A DNA stretch of 64,000 bases from Longimicrobiales bacterium (GTDB lineage Bacteria > Gemmatimonadota > Gemmatimonadetes > Longimicrobiales > Gaopeijiaceae): contig CBDFIQ010000002.1 of assembly GCA_965248195.1 (NCBI GenBank), positions 2,464,001 through 2,528,000 on the forward strand. The letters run 5' to 3'. Both the position numbers and the translations under genes were made by a program. Under the pieces are notes generated by a model. It ran no database searches, was not told where the DNA came from, and saw nothing but the letters and a program-made list of their open reading frames with translations. Shown piece by piece: positions 60,503-64,000 of this stretch; the stretch's first letter is position 1; each line of letters starts with the position of its first letter.

Positions 60503-61546
60503 CTAAGGGTGATCGGTTTCCTCGTAATGCCGGCGGAGCAGATCGTCTCCAAAGTCGTTCTGGGGGTCCCGCCACACCGAATGCACGTGGTTGGCTCCAC
60601 CCTGTACGTTGTCGTACTCGATCATCACGGTGGGTCCGTGAATTCGGTAGTAGTGACCCTCGCCGCGCTCCGTGCCGCCCGCCCACGCGAAATGGAGGTT
60701 CTCGAGTCCGGCCTCGTGGATTCGCTGCATCTCCGCGTCGGCAACGTCGGCGTCGGCATTGTTCAAGTACTCGTCGATGAGATGCATCAGCGCGTGACGC
60801 TGCGCATCGTTCATGTCCGAGGCAGGCAGGCCTTCGAAGCGATCCAGTTCCACCGTCCGTGCGTTCCCGGTGACGATGTCCTCGGGAGCTTCCGCCTCGA
60901 TGATGACGGTCCGGAGTTGGGCGTCGGTGAGCAGGGCCAGGAGCTCGCGAGCCAGATCCTCCTCGGCTCCCAGGAGGCGTCGCCCGGCGTTCGGGCCCTC
61001 TCCGACCAAGTGCGGATTCGAACCCAGGAACGCGGGAGTCACGGACGGAGGAGCGTCTCCGGCGGCGACGACGTTCATCGAGATGTGGTGTCCCTCGAAG
61101 CGCCAGGCCCAAGGCCCATCCCGGGAGGGGGCGCCGAAGATATTGAAGTAGTAGTCCTCGGGATCACGTCGATCCGGCCGGCCCTCGATCTGGCCAAGGA
61201 TCCCCTCGAGCTGCATGACCCCGGTCGCCTTCAGGTAGCCCTGCGAACTGAGAACGCTCTGCAGGAGCCCGTGGGCGGCGGTGCGCTGCTCGGGGTTCAT
61301 GTCCTTGAGCCGGACACCGTATCGCTCCCAAGGTACGTAGTGCCAATCGAAGCGTTGCTCGGCGTCCAGCTCCCAAGTGCCGCGAGCGCGCTCGGCGCTA
61401 CCGAGGGTTCCGACGTACGCTTCGGCCGCTGCGGCCATACGGTCGCCCGTGTCGGCCGGTGGGGGCTCCGGGGCTCGGACCATGAACGCGGCCACGAGGA
61501 TGGCGGTCAGAGAAACCGCCCCGAGGGTGATCAGGATGCTGCGCAT
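60503..61546 (-). CDS. DUF3500 domain protein (exported)
   Basis: WAWRFEGHH, HFAWAG, YYRIHGP, EYDN, NHVHSVWRD, DFG. Confidence 0.85.
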   Translation of the reverse strand: MRSILITLGAVSLTAILVAAFMVRAPEPPPADTGDRMAAAAEAYVGTLGSAERARGTWELDAEQRFDWHYVPWERYGVRLKDMNPEQRTAAHGLLQSVLSSQGYLKATGVMQLEGILGQIEGRPDRRDPEDYYFNIFGAPSRDGPWAWRFEGHHISMNVVAAGDAPPSVTPAFLGSNPHLVGEGPNAGRRLLGAEEDLARELLALLTDAQLRTVIIEAEAPEDIVTGNARTVELDRFEGLPASDMNDAQRHALMHLIDEYLNNADADVADAEMQRIHEAGLENLHFAWAGGTERGEGHYYRIHGPTVMIEYDNVQGGANHVHSVWRDPQNDFGDDLLRRHYEETDHP

Positions 61547-61795
61547 GAGTGTCCTCCCGCTTCCGACGTGGAACGGCGACGGTGCCAAGACGCAAACATG
61601 CAGCCAGGGGGTCGGCCGCGACAGGGGGAGGGCCAGCGAGGGGGGCCTATCGCGCGAGCCAGTAGCTGACCTTGACCAAGAGCGGCTTGCAACGTCCCCC
61701 TCGCGCTCGCATGTTAACACCGAACGAGGAGCGGACGGGATGGCCGAATCGTTTTCTGGTCGTCCTGCAGTACCAATTTTCATGAGGAGGAAACC

Positions 61796-62206
61796 ATGGA
61801 CACCACCGCCACGGGTGCTCAGCTACAACCGGATGACGCCGCACAGATCAGAGCCACGATCGCGCCTTGGAGGCAGGCCTGCGTGGACCGAGACTGGGAC
61901 TCACTGCTCGCGATGTGCACAGAGGACGTCGTGATCAGCGGTCCCGGGGGTCCGAAGGTTTCCGGGGACACCGTCCGGCCCTGGCTGGAGAACTATCCAG
62001 TCATAAAGGCGATGACCTTCGACTTCGACCGCATAGAGGTCAGTGGTGATCTCGCGGCCGCAAGCGGCTCGGGAAGCATGCTCCTCGAGGCGGAGGGCCA
62101 GGAGGTCACGGAGGTCTTCGATTTCATCGATGTCTTTCGCAAGGACGAAAGCGGCACCTGGCTCTACTCGTCGATCAACTTCAATTCGAAGGACGCATCC
62201 GCCTGA
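61796..62206 (+). CDS. NTF2/SnoaL-like (DUF4440) protein
   Basis: GAGGAGG RBS; DWDSLLAMCTED, SGDLA, FRKDESGTW. Confidence 0.8.
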   Translation: MDTTATGAQLQPDDAAQIRATIAPWRQACVDRDWDSLLAMCTEDVVISGPGGPKVSGDTVRPWLENYPVIKAMTFDFDRIEVSGDLAAASGSGSMLLEAEGQEVTEVFDFIDVFRKDESGTWLYSSINFNSKDASA

Positions 62207-62229
62207 GGTCGACGTCTACCGACTTTGCC

Positions 62230-62267
62230 GGTCGGGGTCGGGCGCATCGACTGGCCCGACCCCGACC
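62230..62267. terminator. 14-bp perfect hairpin between convergent genes
   Basis: GGTCGGGGTCGGGC-N10-GCCCGACCCCGACC; no clear U tract. Confidence 0.6.
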
Positions 62268-62352
62268 CCCCCTCGCTCGTCATCCCTACGTGCTCCATGG
62301 GCATCGTGCCGTAGGAGCTAAGAAGCCCCAGGGCGAGCCCACGGCCGACCGC

Positions 62353-64000
62353 TCACCGGGCGAGCGGGTCCGGCCGTAGCTGGAAGTGCACGACCTTGCT
62401 CGGCGTGCCCTTGCCGGTCTCGAGGTGGAACGGCGCCCGCGTGCTGTAGGTCGCCCATATTCCCCGGCCCTTCCAGCCGGCGTCCGGATCGTCGATGCGA
62501 CCGTCCATCCATTTGGTGTAGAACCCTAGCGGATAGGGCACGCGCAAGACGACCCACTCCTCGTCCACGAGCGCCAGGAGGCCCTCGGAGCCATTTCCTG
62601 TGCTGATCGGCACGTTTTCACCCAACCCGAGGGTGTTGAACTGATCCACCCACGTGTAGTAGCTCGACTCGGCGCTGCCGGACTCGGTCAGGTTCTTGAT
62701 TTGCGGCGCCGGCTCCGTATAGAGGGTCCAGCCTTCGGGGCAATGTTGCCCAGTGGCGGTGGGTCCGTTGAGCGGCCCCGTGCACTTGCTGCGATCGAAG
62801 CTGGCGAGGTGTCCGCTAGCGAGGGGCGTCCAGACGACGCCGTTGCGGTCGATGTCCATGCCGCGCGGCGAATACCCCTGCACGGGTGCGGCGGGGTTGT
62901 CCAAAGGTAGCTCGTAGACCTCCGTCAGAGCGGTCTCCGGGTCCACCCGGAGAAGCAAACCGGGGAAACCCAACGAGGAGCCCCAGATGGTGCCGTCGAC
63001 GGGGTTCGCGGCAACGCCGTAGAAGCCGGTCTGGACCCGCTTGTCCTTGGTGGGATCGACGGGCTGGTCGGGTTCGACGTACTCGTCCTGGCGGCCGTTT
63101 CCATTGGTGTCGAGGATGAGCGCGGTCCAGCCCTGCGAGCGCTCTTCGTCACCCGTCTCGAGGTACATCTTCGTGTTCAGCCAACCGATCACCTGCCCGC
63201 CACCGCTCGTCCAGATGGTGTTGTCTTCATCCTCGGCGAAGATCAGGTGGTGGGTGCCGAAACACGTGCTGATGAGGCTCATTTCCTCGGTCGAAGGATC
63301 GTACATGGCGAGGTGACGGCCCGCCCGCTGAGTCGGAAAAAGTTTTGCCGAGGGATGATCCGATCCCTCTCTACAGAAAGCCGGATTGTCATTCGGGGAA
63401 CGAACCCTCGACGTGAGCCAAACGCGCCCCTCGCCATCGAGCATGGGGTTGTGTGCGTTGGCCTTGCTGTCCCATATCGCCTCTTCTCCCCAGTAGGGGG
63501 ACGGTTGGAGCGGCGGTCCCGAAGCGACCGGCGTGTTCGGATCGCGGACCGGCAGCACGACTTGGCTCGCTGTATTGCTGATGGGGTCCAGGACGGGCAC
63601 GTAGTCCGCGCTGGCCTCGAGCGCCCCGTAGATCGGGCCGTAGGCGTTGACCGTCGGATCGCGCTTGTCGGTAGAAGCCTCGTCGTGGAGATACGCAGTC
63701 GGATCGGCCCAATCCCACTGCGTGATGACGACGTTGCGCTCTTCGCCCTGGGGGCGGGGCGGCGCCGGCGGCACTTCACCGGCCATGATTCGATCGGTCC
63801 AGTCCGCGAACATCTCCAACGCCCGGGGTCGGCCCAGCCGGTTGAGCCCGCCAACCATGCTCCCGCCCGCTTGCCCGGATTGGATGCGCCGATCCCAGGC
63901 AGCCGCCGTGGATGCGAACTCACCGAGTGCCGCGGGGATCTCGCGCGTGGCTTTGTTCCCCAACTGATGACACGCCATGCAACCACCCGATTTCAGGCTC
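62353..64000 (-). CDS. Heme-c (CxxCH) beta-propeller (Vgb-like) protein, C-terminal part (runs off window end)
   Basis: SLKSGGCMACHQLG at the window edge; TCFGTHHL, RVPYPLGFY, QLRPDPLA. Confidence 0.7.
   Translation of the reverse strand, partial: SLKSGGCMACHQLGNKATREIPAALGEFASTAAAWDRRIQSGQAGGSMVGGLNRLGRPRALEMFADWTDRIMAGEVPPAPPRPQGEERNVVITQWDWADPTAYLHDEASTDKRDPTVNAYGPIYGALEASADYVPVLDPISNTASQVVLPVRDPNTPVASGPPLQPSPYWGEEAIWDSKANAHNPMLDGEGRVWLTSRVRSPNDNPAFCREGSDHPSAKLFPTQRAGRHLAMYDPSTEEMSLISTCFGTHHLIFAEDEDNTIWTSGGGQVIGWLNTKMYLETGDEERSQGWTALILDTNGNGRQDEYVEPDQPVDPTKDKRVQTGFYGVAANPVDGTIWGSSLGFPGLLLRVDPETALTEVYELPLDNPAAPVQGYSPRGMDIDRNGVVWTPLASGHLASFDRSKCTGPLNGPTATGQHCPEGWTLYTEPAPQIKNLTESGSAESSYYTWVDQFNTLGLGENVPISTGNGSEGLLALVDEEWVVLRVPYPLGFYTKWMDGRIDDPDAGWKGRGIWATYSTRAPFHLETGKGTPSKVVHFQLRPDPLAR

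Noticed and set aside
55251..64000. Distal att copy for the right-hand integrase element
   Set aside because: No convincing copy of the tRNA 5' part found by eye in the window; boundary not called

Overview
High-GC bacterial chromosome segment. The gene style (alpha2-type GlyRS, many Tat and lipoprotein substrates, an M6 protease, DUF4382 lipoproteins) suggests a Gemmatimonadota-like organism; this is inference only. The left part (about 1-33 kb) is mostly housekeeping and transport: ccmH-like, HDAC family, carB, M6 metalloprotease, nth, NSS transporter with a displaced MetS-like subunit, glyQS, nfuA, madLM-matB, TRAP dctPQM, cstA/CC-star/ArsA, MFS, rsmD, and USP plus an ion transporter. Inserted in it is a two-gene cassette: a secreted JAB/MPN-domain lipoprotein and a coupled secreted partner with a 21-Asp tract. 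The right part is accessory. It holds a lone pseudopilin + HD-GYP + lipoprotein module, an ArsM-like methyltransferase with an in-frame UGA and SECIS-like hairpin (probable selenoprotein), a circularly permuted Tat-exported D-amino-acid oxidase, and many periplasmic oxidoreductases and hydrolases. It also holds a tRNA-Ala(TGC) integration hotspot: a decayed ~5.8 kb island bounded by a 24-bp copy of the tRNA 3' end, two convergent integrase remnants flanking the tRNA, and an intact IS256-family element with 9-bp target duplication. No rRNA or CRISPR array was seen. Family names come from motif recognition by eye; no database searches were run.
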